In this document: positions 56,813 through 64,000 of the stretch, piece by piece | Layout: each line of letters begins with the position of its first letter | Position numbering within the stretch: position 1 is the stretch's first letter | Source: Patescibacteria group bacterium | GTDB taxonomy: Bacteria > Patescibacteriota > Microgenomatia > UBA1400 > PJMF01 | Assembly (NCBI GenBank): GCA_016861085.1 | Contig: BOKR01000001.1 | Coordinates: 825,696 to 889,695 of the forward strand | DNA length: 64,000 nt | Reading direction: 5' to 3' | The notes under the pieces: generated by a model | The model's input: only the letters and a program-made list of their open reading frames with translations | Told to the model about the DNA's origin: nothing | Database searches by the model: none | Made by a program: the position numbers and the translations under genes

Positions 56813-57178
56813 ATGGCAAGAGTTGCAGTTTTACCTCAAAAGATTATTAGTCAATTGGAAAAAACACATCTGCTTACCGTTGGACAAATAATTGAGAAAC
56901 TTAAAAAGTCTGGAAATACATACAACAAAACCAGCATTTATAGAGCTTTAGAAAAATTAGAAATTGAAGGCAAGATTTGTAAAGAAAATTTCGGAGAATC
57001 AGAAGCTTTATACGAATTAAGAAAAAATCACCACGACCATGCAGTTTGCACAAATTGTGACAAAGTCGTTGCTGTGGAATGCCACGATCACACAAACAAA
57101 AAAATCCCAGGTTTTCAAGCTGACCACCACCACACAACTATTTATGGTTTATGTGACAGTTGTGTAAAAAAAAGTTAA
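56813..57178 (+). CDS. Fur-family metalloregulator (Zur/Fur)
   Basis: C-terminal HHDHAVCTNCDKV...ECHDH...CDSC metal sites. N-terminal wHTH. Confidence 0.8.
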   Translation: MARVAVLPQKIISQLEKTHLLTVGQIIEKLKKSGNTYNKTSIYRALEKLEIEGKICKENFGESEALYELRKNHHDHAVCTNCDKVVAVECHDHTNKKIPGFQADHHHTTIYGLCDSCVKKS

Positions 57179-57224
57179 TTTTCTCTGTATAATATGGTGG
57201 CTACCAATACGAGCCATGTTCATT

Positions 57225-57311
57225 GGAGGGATGCCGGAGCGGTTGAACGGCCAGCTCTCGAAAAGCTTGGGGAGTGAAAACTCCACGGGGGTTCGAAACC
57301 CCCTCCCTCCG
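57225..57311 (+). tRNA. tRNA-Ser (anticodon CGA), type II
   Basis: GGAGGGA acceptor, anticodon loop CTCGAAA, long variable arm, GGGGG-TTCGAAA-CCCCC T-arm. Confidence 0.75.
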
Positions 57312-57351
57312 CCCTGTTAATTAACCATAAGAAACATGCTACTATACTCCA

Positions 57352-57777
57352 ATGAAAAAGAGAGTGAATCTAAAAGAAGTGAGCCGAGTTATTGTTCCGT
57401 ACCCAAAAACCACGGATACATTCTTAGTTGGCAGGAGAAAAAATAGTGGTTTATGGGTTATTCTTGGCGGTGGAATCGACCCAGGTGAAACAAAAAAAGC
57501 TGCTGCACTCAGAGAATTATATGAAGAGTCAGGAAGGCAAGCAACAGAAATAACTTTTCTGTTTGAAGACGCTTTTGGCGATTGGCTTACCTACTATTAT
57601 CTGTGTACTGAAATTTCAAAACCTAAACGAAAACCTGATAAAGAACACACTAGAGTTGACTTTATCCCACTAAAAAAACTGAATAGGAAAAACATGGGAC
57701 AAAACCATTACGACATTCTGCAGCGGGTGTCAGAACAACTAGAACAAGAAAAACGCGAAAAAAAGAAAAAAAAGTAA
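57352..57777 (+). CDS. NUDIX hydrolase
   Basis: Nudix box GGGIDPGETKKAAALRELYEESG. Confidence 0.8.
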   Translation: MKKRVNLKEVSRVIVPYPKTTDTFLVGRRKNSGLWVILGGGIDPGETKKAAALRELYEESGRQATEITFLFEDAFGDWLTYYYLCTEISKPKRKPDKEHTRVDFIPLKKLNRKNMGQNHYDILQRVSEQLEQEKREKKKKK

Positions 57778-57780
57778 TTT

Positions 57781-58498
57781 TTACTTATTTGATTTAACTC
57801 GCTTGTACCGCTCAGTGTGTAGTTTTCCTTCATTTGTCTTGTGTTTCTCATTAGTAATATCGTCAAAAATTGCCCCCCAAACTTCTTTTGTTTCAGTTGA
57901 AAATTGTGAAGGGTAACATTTAGTTAAATAGTCGTTCCTGTGTGCTCTTGTTTGCTCTGACAAATGTATTTTCATTTTTTGTTTCTTTGTAGTCCATAAG
58001 TATAATTCCGGACGTTTCTTCAGGGCAGCTGATTTTGGCATATAGTGAGCTACATCTGCTGCTGCTCTCACATATTTTGCTACTTCACCAGCTCTATTGT
58101 GATCTGGATGATCAAAATAGTTCGTTATTTCTTTTGGATGAAATGAAAATAGGGCATCAGCACCGACCTCGCGAACAATTGGTAAGACAGCAGCTACTAA
58201 CTCCTGAAGTGGAACAAATGGTAAACCCAAGTCTGGAAAACGTAAAATAGTCAAACTGGCACCAAGAAATTGCATGGCAGCTTCTGCTTCTTGCTTTCTA
58301 ATCAATGCCATTTCTGTGGGTTTGGTTTGAAAACCTTTTGGAATTCCTAACTCACCTGCCGTTAAGAAAATAATATGGGGACTAATTCCTGCAGCAACAA
58401 AGACACTCTAGAACCCCAAAGAATAAAGCTTCATCATCGGGATGAGCCAAGATAAATACGGGTTTTTTCAGCTGATCTACAGCGTGTGTTTCTTTCAT
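57781..58498 (-). pseudogene. PIG-L/LmbE-family deacetylase interrupted by a single frameshift
   Basis: MKETHAVDQLKKPVFILAHPDDEALFFGV is in one frame up to a TAG. The following segment HIIFLTAGELG...MALIRKQEAEAAMQFLGA continues at an offset of 1 nt. The break is at about 58395-58405, near a CCCC run. Confidence 0.6.
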
Positions 58499-58588
58499 GT
58501 TCTTGATTATATCATGTGCTGACTTGCACTTATCATCTTAATTTGATTGTGTTGACAATCTTTTTTATGATTGTTAGCATAGTAGTAT

Positions 58589-59203
58589 ATGACAAAAAAG
58601 TTATTTTCTTCTCTAACAGTATTTGTTGTGGCTACAGCCCTGTTCCTGACCGTGACTTCAGACGGATCTGTAGGTGGCATGGTCTATGCTGTTAATGGTC
58701 TTGATAAAGCAAACGCTAGAGCTGAGGAACGAATGATGAAAACTAGACAAAGAATGGCTAGCCCCAGTGCTGGATTGCAACGTTCCTGTGAGTCTCGAGA
58801 AGACACAATAGTAAGTAGGATGAGCCAACTCGTTCGTCTTTCAGAAAATATGTTGTCAGTCTTTGATAAGCACTTAGCTAGGGTTCAAAACTACTACCTG
58901 ACTGTAGTTGTTCCCGCTGGCAGTACTGTTGCTAATTATGATGACTTAGTAGCAGATACTGCAGCAAAGAAAGCCGTTGTTCAAACAGCCCTTGCCAATG
59001 CGCAAGCTGATGTCGATGATTTTTCTTGTACGACAGGTGACCCAATTGCGCACCTTGCCACCTTCAGAACAGATATGCAAACCGTAAAAACAGCTCTCAA
59101 AGAATATCGCAGCTCTATTAAAAACTTAATAGTTGCGGTACGTACAGCTGCTGAAGCTCTTGAAACACCTACCCCAACCCCAACAGCCACACCAACACTG
59201 TAA
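58589..59203 (+). CDS. Hypothetical secreted protein
   Basis: N-terminal signal peptide. C-terminal TPTPTPTATPTL. Confidence 0.45.
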   Translation: MTKKLFSSLTVFVVATALFLTVTSDGSVGGMVYAVNGLDKANARAEERMMKTRQRMASPSAGLQRSCESREDTIVSRMSQLVRLSENMLSVFDKHLARVQNYYLTVVVPAGSTVANYDDLVADTAAKKAVVQTALANAQADVDDFSCTTGDPIAHLATFRTDMQTVKTALKEYRSSIKNLIVAVRTAAEALETPTPTPTATPTL

Positions 59204-59230
59204 TATTACTAGATAAAATTAAGGAACAGT

Positions 59231-59500
59231 ATGCCAAAAAAAATGAAACAAACACAAACAATGGAATCCAAGAGCTACTTCTGGATACTTGCAATACTAC
59301 TCGTTCTTGCAGGCCTTTTCTTTTACAAATCAAAAAAACTCAAAGATAAAGGAACTGAGTATATGGTAAAAGAAACACCAATCATGGATTCTAATGGTCT
59401 CGAAAGAGAGAGTATGCAGCTTGACGGCACTGATGTTGATGCTCAACTAGATGCTCAACTAGACCTACTACAAAACGACGCTGCAGAAATGAAACAATAG
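59231..59500 (+). CDS. Hypothetical small membrane protein
   Basis: One TM helix. Confidence 0.35.
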   Translation: MPKKMKQTQTMESKSYFWILAILLVLAGLFFYKSKKLKDKGTEYMVKETPIMDSNGLERESMQLDGTDVDAQLDAQLDLLQNDAAEMKQ

Positions 59501-59525
59501 CCTGTTCAATTCTGAAGTCAACTTT

Positions 59526-60812
59526 CTACCGGTGTGTAAAAAGAATGACATTTGGTAATGCTCTTCCAGGACCGACCTTATATCCTCCAAACCATAAGGC
59601 AGTAGAACCTCCATCGTCTAAATTGAGTGCATTCTCCATACCCATTGCTCGCATAACACGTGCTGACTCTGCAACAGTGGCTGAATGAACAACGCCGATG
59701 TATACAATGCTACCTCTATTGGCCACAAAACTTCTATTCCCTTTGCTTCCCTTCTTTGGGTCATCATCACCACCAAACACTACGTTTCCGTCTGCCACGA
59801 GTAATGGGTAATTTGAGAGCATACCATCTATGCCTGTATCCCTTCCCCATCCAGAGACTGCTCCAATAAACCGTACTGAGCCAGGACTAAAAATAACACC
59901 CGGATTATTACTGTACACATTGTTATCTGAATTAAAGTAAACTTTATCCTTATTCATAGCTAACAAATCAAATGTGTTTGTTTTGCCTGCACAAGATGGA
60001 TAACTTGCTGGACAAAAATATGAGCCATTGATACCTGCGTAGGCTCCGTTTCTGCCAACGTACTCTGCAAGTGGCAAAACCGGACAATCGTTGAAACAAT
60101 CTGAGCCAGAAGCTGTATCAACTATCACACGGGTACTCCCTAAATCTCCAGCCACAATTGAAACGGTAAATGCTCCAGCATCACTACTAACGACTTGCCG
60201 TGCATATCCGTTTGAAGGGGGGTCATTAGAAGCTGGAGCTGAAGCAGTTGTCGTCGTTCCGGTTGCTCCTGTAGTTGTACCTCCAGTTTGCGTCTGCTGT
60301 GCTGCCAATTTCGCTGCCTCAGCTTGGGCGGCTGCCAATAATTTTTGGGCCTGATCAGCCTCATATTCAGCAATTTTTTTTGTTACCTCTGTCATTGCTT
60401 CCACAACACCCTCATAATCTCTCTTAGAAGTGAGATCTAGTAAATTTGCAAATAATTTTCTCATTTCAGAAATTTGATTTTGTGGATAACTACCATTTTC
60501 AAAATCATCAATAGTTTCGTAAACAGTGAGCAAGTCTTGATAAGTCTCTTCAATCACTTCAATACGAGCCTGTAGCTCCATGTTTGTTTTATGTGGATCA
60601 GAGTTTTGTAAATCTTGTAACTCAGTCCTGACTTGTGCTAATACAGTCTCGGTTTCAGTCAGTAACTGTTCTTGCTGTCTTTGTTCTGTTTGAACTTTTT
60701 GAATTTCTTGCCATTGCCAATATGAGAGGCCCAATACTGCTAATAAAGCTACTGTCAAACCAATTACTGCTTTATGTGTTACGACATATTTAGAAAAGTT
60801 ATTTGCTTTCAT
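59526..60812 (-). CDS. Membrane-anchored phosphodiester glycosidase (DUF2233/NAGPA-like) domain protein
   Basis: N-terminal TM and coiled coil. C-terminal NLDDGGSTAL motif. Confidence 0.55.
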   Translation of the reverse strand: MKANNFSKYVVTHKAVIGLTVALLAVLGLSYWQWQEIQKVQTEQRQQEQLLTETETVLAQVRTELQDLQNSDPHKTNMELQARIEVIEETYQDLLTVYETIDDFENGSYPQNQISEMRKLFANLLDLTSKRDYEGVVEAMTEVTKKIAEYEADQAQKLLAAAQAEAAKLAAQQTQTGGTTTGATGTTTTASAPASNDPPSNGYARQVVSSDAGAFTVSIVAGDLGSTRVIVDTASGSDCFNDCPVLPLAEYVGRNGAYAGINGSYFCPASYPSCAGKTNTFDLLAMNKDKVYFNSDNNVYSNNPGVIFSPGSVRFIGAVSGWGRDTGIDGMLSNYPLLVADGNVVFGGDDDPKKGSKGNRSFVANRGSIVYIGVVHSATVAESARVMRAMGMENALNLDDGGSTALWFGGYKVGPGRALPNVILFTHR

Positions 60813-60828
60813 AAAGTCAGTTTAGTAG

Positions 60829-61524
60829 ATGTATCAGCAAAAATCTAGCATTAATTCTTTTGGACTTGCTGCTCATGCTATACTAGCTAAAATGAGAACA
60901 CCATTTATCATTGGCGTTGCAGGGGGTAGTGGTTCGGGTAAAACCACTCTTTCAAATGAGATCCGTAAATCTGTTCCAAAAAAATTCATAGAACATATCC
61001 CGCATGACGCGTATTATCGTGACCAAACCCATATACCAATGGAAAAACGATTTCATACCAATTACGATCATCCGGATTCTTTGGAAACAGACTTACTCAT
61101 CAAACACATAAAGCAATTAAAAAAGGGTAAATCAGTGCAAAGACCCACATATGATTTCACCAATCATAATCGTTCTAAAGAAACTGTCTTAATCGAACCC
61201 AAGCAGATCATCTTGATTGAAGGTATATTAATTTTTGCAGATGAACAACTTCGAAAGCAAATCAATATGAAGATTTTTGTTGATACGGATGGTGATTTGA
61301 GATTAGCAAGAAGATTGGTCAGAGACGTAGCCGAACGTGGCAGAACTTTTGAACAGGGAATAGAACAGTACTTATTGTTCACAAAACCGATGCATGAACA
61401 GTTCGTTGAACCTTCAAAGCGCTTTGCGGATATTATCATTCCCGAAGGAGGCTTTAATGCTGTTGCAACCCAGATGATTCAATCACAAATAACAGCTGTA
61501 TTAAAAAATGCAAAGAAAAAATAA
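60829..61524 (+). CDS. udk: Uridine kinase
   Basis: P-loop IIGVAGGSGSGKTT. Overall Udk architecture. Confidence 0.9.
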   Translation: MYQQKSSINSFGLAAHAILAKMRTPFIIGVAGGSGSGKTTLSNEIRKSVPKKFIEHIPHDAYYRDQTHIPMEKRFHTNYDHPDSLETDLLIKHIKQLKKGKSVQRPTYDFTNHNRSKETVLIEPKQIILIEGILIFADEQLRKQINMKIFVDTDGDLRLARRLVRDVAERGRTFEQGIEQYLLFTKPMHEQFVEPSKRFADIIIPEGGFNAVATQMIQSQITAVLKNAKKK

Positions 61525-61526
61525 TT

Positions 61527-62009
61527 ATGATTAGAACCTTGCTTTTAGATTTCTCCTATACCCTTTGTTTTCCAAAAACTAAAGAAACTATTGAGTCACT
61601 GAATGGTTTGTATAAACAAATCTTGCAAGACGATTCCACGGCACAGGCACTAGATAACTTCCTCATTAATCAAGAATTATTAGATTATTTACTAACATTG
61701 AGAACTCATTGCAGACTCTACGTCTTTACTTCTGGAACTATGCATACTGACCCTGTAATTTCACACATGCTTAAACCAGTGTTTGATGGATACATCACTA
61801 GCATCGAACTAAATATGCCAAAGGCATATCCAAATACGTATAAAGTTATTGCGAATAAATTAGATGTCACAACAAATGAAATACTATTTATTGATGATCA
61901 ACAAAAAAATGTTGTAGCTGCAATCACTGCTGGTGCGAATGCAATTCGATACACAAATAACACTGAAACTATACGACAAATAAAAAAGCTATTGGAAACC
62001 GTTTCGTAG
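61527..62009 (+). CDS. HAD-superfamily hydrolase-like protein
   Basis: C-terminal LFIDDQQKNV. Size fits. Confidence 0.5.
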   Translation: MIRTLLLDFSYTLCFPKTKETIESLNGLYKQILQDDSTAQALDNFLINQELLDYLLTLRTHCRLYVFTSGTMHTDPVISHMLKPVFDGYITSIELNMPKAYPNTYKVIANKLDVTTNEILFIDDQQKNVVAAITAGANAIRYTNNTETIRQIKKLLETVS

Positions 62010-62012
62010 CAG

Positions 62013-62921
62013 TCACCTTAGCACCCTACTCCAAAATCCCACCACACTACCATGCATAACAGCAATGTCTGATGTTATTTGCAACAGCGGTAAATATTTG
62101 TAGCCCGTTCCAACATACTTTTTATTTTTTTTGATTGCCCATATACAATAAAACAGGAACAAAACCAAAAATATTTTTATATTTAACACTAGAAAAAAAG
62201 TAAAAACAAAATACCTCATAAAAATTAAAAACACTTTTGGTCTAAGAATGCCTGCAAAAACATCACCACGAGCAAATCTAAAAATCATAGTATAAAATTC
62301 TTGTAAAGTTTTTCTTGGCTCCCAAAAAACCACTGCTTCTTGAGCAAATGAAATTTTTATCTTTTGCCTTTCAAGTCTTCTTGCAAGAGCGTAATCTTCA
62401 TTATCACTTAACTTTTCATCAAATCCACCTAGTTCTTGAAAGAGGTTTTTTTCAATTAACATTGAGCGAGTTGCTGGCAAAAAATTCTCAGGGTCTATTT
62501 TGTCGGTCATTACCAAAACATAAGGCACCACGGCTTTTTGAAAATCAGTTTCTGGTTTTGAATCGTAATAACCAGCCACTACTGGAGTCTTTGCAATTTG
62601 GTACTGTTTTATTATTTCCTTGAGCCAATTTTTTTCTAAAATGCAGCCAGCATCCGTAATCGCAATTAACTCACCTGTTGCTAACTGTACTGCATAGTTA
62701 CGACCAATACTTCTATTCCCCAACTTTTGTTTTACCTGTATTGCAAGCTTAGGATTTTTTTTTGAAAAGTCTCTAATCAAACGTACTGTGTCATCGGCAG
62801 AACCACCATCAACAATAATTACTTCATTAGGTTTTAGTGATTGTGCTGCAATACTTTGCAATAAATCAATTATTGTTCGCTGCTCATTGAGCACTGTACA
62901 TATTAATGAAATTTTCTTCAT
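62013..62921 (-). CDS. Family 2 glycosyltransferase
   Basis: ISLICTVLNEQRTI...VIIVDGGSADDT. DxD-like NEDYALA. C-terminal TM helices. Confidence 0.8.
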   Translation of the reverse strand: MKKISLICTVLNEQRTIIDLLQSIAAQSLKPNEVIIVDGGSADDTVRLIRDFSKKNPKLAIQVKQKLGNRSIGRNYAVQLATGELIAITDAGCILEKNWLKEIIKQYQIAKTPVVAGYYDSKPETDFQKAVVPYVLVMTDKIDPENFLPATRSMLIEKNLFQELGGFDEKLSDNEDYALARRLERQKIKISFAQEAVVFWEPRKTLQEFYTMIFRFARGDVFAGILRPKVFLIFMRYFVFTFFLVLNIKIFLVLFLFYCIWAIKKNKKYVGTGYKYLPLLQITSDIAVMHGSVVGFWSRVLR

Positions 62922-62936
62922 GAACTGTAGTATAAC

Positions 62937-63965
62937 TTACTTTTTTTTCCAAAGCTGCAAATACTGATCAACTACTTTATCCCATGTATTCATTAAGGCA
63001 AATTGCTTTGCTGCTTTTTTCATTTCCGGGAGCAGTTTTTGTGAAGTTAGCATATGTTCAAACTTTGCGATCATGCTCTCCACACTACCGGCAATTACCA
63101 TATATTTATTCCCTGGGTAGGTTTCTAAGTATTCTTTTTTTAAGGGATTAGAATAAAACGATAGAACTATTTTTTCCAAACACTGAGCTTCTAAAATTGA
63201 GAGGTAAGAACTGGCAAACACAAAATCAACTATAACAATGTGCTGACTGATATTCTTAACAAATCCAGTTACAATCCCAAATTGTTCACACTCTTTTTTT
63301 AAAAATCCATCTCCAACCCAAACCATTTCAAAAGCAATATTTTTGACCTGTAATTCTTTAAGAAAATCGATATACATCAAAACATCTGTATCATGCTCTA
63401 ATCGTCCAACAAAAACAAACTTCAATTTGGTTGATTTTTTTTCTGCTTTACTACTATTTGACTTGGTGAAGCGTTTAGGATTTATTCCACCATAGGTGAT
63501 AAATGTAGGCTTATCCCAGTAAAACTTTTGAATAAATGCTCCGACATGAATTGTTCCCTGAGCAAGTTTTGAAACCAAAAATCTATGAATTTTAGAATTA
63601 AGTGGAATTGGAAATTGGGTCTCCCATCCATGAAACGTTATAAACACCTTCTTTTTTATTTTTACATACAGTGGCAAAATCCACCAAAAAACATCATGCA
63701 CATGGATGATATCTGCTTGTAAAATACTCTCTTTTACCGAAATAATAGCTTGCCAAATATCATGCTTGTTTTGCGCATCTGCAGAAAGTCTAATAACCTT
63801 TACCCCATCATATTCAGTCTTTGATTTCAATTTGGCATCATGTTGTAGAGTAATAACGGTTACCTCATGACCCATCCGAGTCAAGATTGCAGATATTTCG
63901 CGCACATGGATTTCAACCCCACCCAAGTGAGGTAAATATAATCGTGATAAAAATACAACATTCAT
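62937..63965 (-). CDS. GT-B glycosyltransferase (family 4/1-like)
   Basis: GT-B architecture. N-terminal LSRLYLPHLGGVEIHVREISAIL. Confidence 0.65.
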   Translation of the reverse strand: MNVVFLSRLYLPHLGGVEIHVREISAILTRMGHEVTVITLQHDAKLKSKTEYDGVKVIRLSADAQNKHDIWQAIISVKESILQADIIHVHDVFWWILPLYVKIKKKVFITFHGWETQFPIPLNSKIHRFLVSKLAQGTIHVGAFIQKFYWDKPTFITYGGINPKRFTKSNSSKAEKKSTKLKFVFVGRLEHDTDVLMYIDFLKELQVKNIAFEMVWVGDGFLKKECEQFGIVTGFVKNISQHIVIVDFVFASSYLSILEAQCLEKIVLSFYSNPLKKEYLETYPGNKYMVIAGSVESMIAKFEHMLTSQKLLPEMKKAAKQFALMNTWDKVVDQYLQLWKKK

Positions 63966-64000
63966 TTTACTTTTCGGTTTGTAGCGTCACAGTTCTTGTA

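Overview
This 64 kb window is low-GC (roughly 35%) bacterial DNA. The gene content (type IV pilus cluster, pyruvate formate-lyase fermentation genes, few and small metabolic genes) is consistent with a Patescibacteria/Saccharibacteria-like or other small-genome Gram-positive-type organism; that assignment is inference. It holds three regions. (1) Positions 1-24500 are an accessory mobile/defence region next to a type II tRNA (tRNA-Ser-like, 1446-1533). It carries a large serine recombinase, a phage packaging remnant (small and large terminase subunits, two orphan DNA methyltransferases, one fused to a ParB domain) with no virion structural genes, XRE regulators, and a C-protein-controlled Type III restriction-modification operon (mod, res) with an overlapping Abi_2/HEPN-like gene. 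It also carries a DUF2779 RecB/Cas4-like nuclease, a multi-zinc-ribbon protein, and a LexA-family repressor whose gene overlaps by ATGA a four-gene CBASS type III operon (cGAS/DncV-like nucleotidyltransferase, HORMA-like protein, TRIP13-like AAA+ ATPase, NucC-like PD-(D/E)xK endonuclease), followed by a protein with a HEPN motif. Degenerate tRNA 3'-end-like 34 bp direct repeats flank a flavodoxin+cupin pair at 23.6-24.5 kb. (2) Positions 27.2-34.6 kb hold a type IV pilus locus (pilB, pilC, major pilin, four prepilin-type minor pilins including a 666 aa giant pilin, and a PilX-like protein). (3) Positions 34.8-64 kb are housekeeping genes: pflB-pflA and ADP-forming acetyl-CoA synthetase, GH57, iron/zinc uptake with a Fur-family regulator, MscL, Maf, NUDIX, udk, glycosyltransferases, and three more tRNAs. 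Inside this region a roughly 1.1 kb island of about 60-66% GC (37438-38475) encodes a lipoprotein, with a consensus sigma70 promoter and long leader upstream and a perfect terminator downstream. It is almost certainly horizontally acquired. The most system-like candidate is the SOS-coupled (LexA-fused) CBASS-NucC operon. It sits inside a nuclease-rich defence island that also carries a C-protein-regulated Type III R-M system, which is unusual because C proteins are normally type II. No CRISPR array or transposase was seen.
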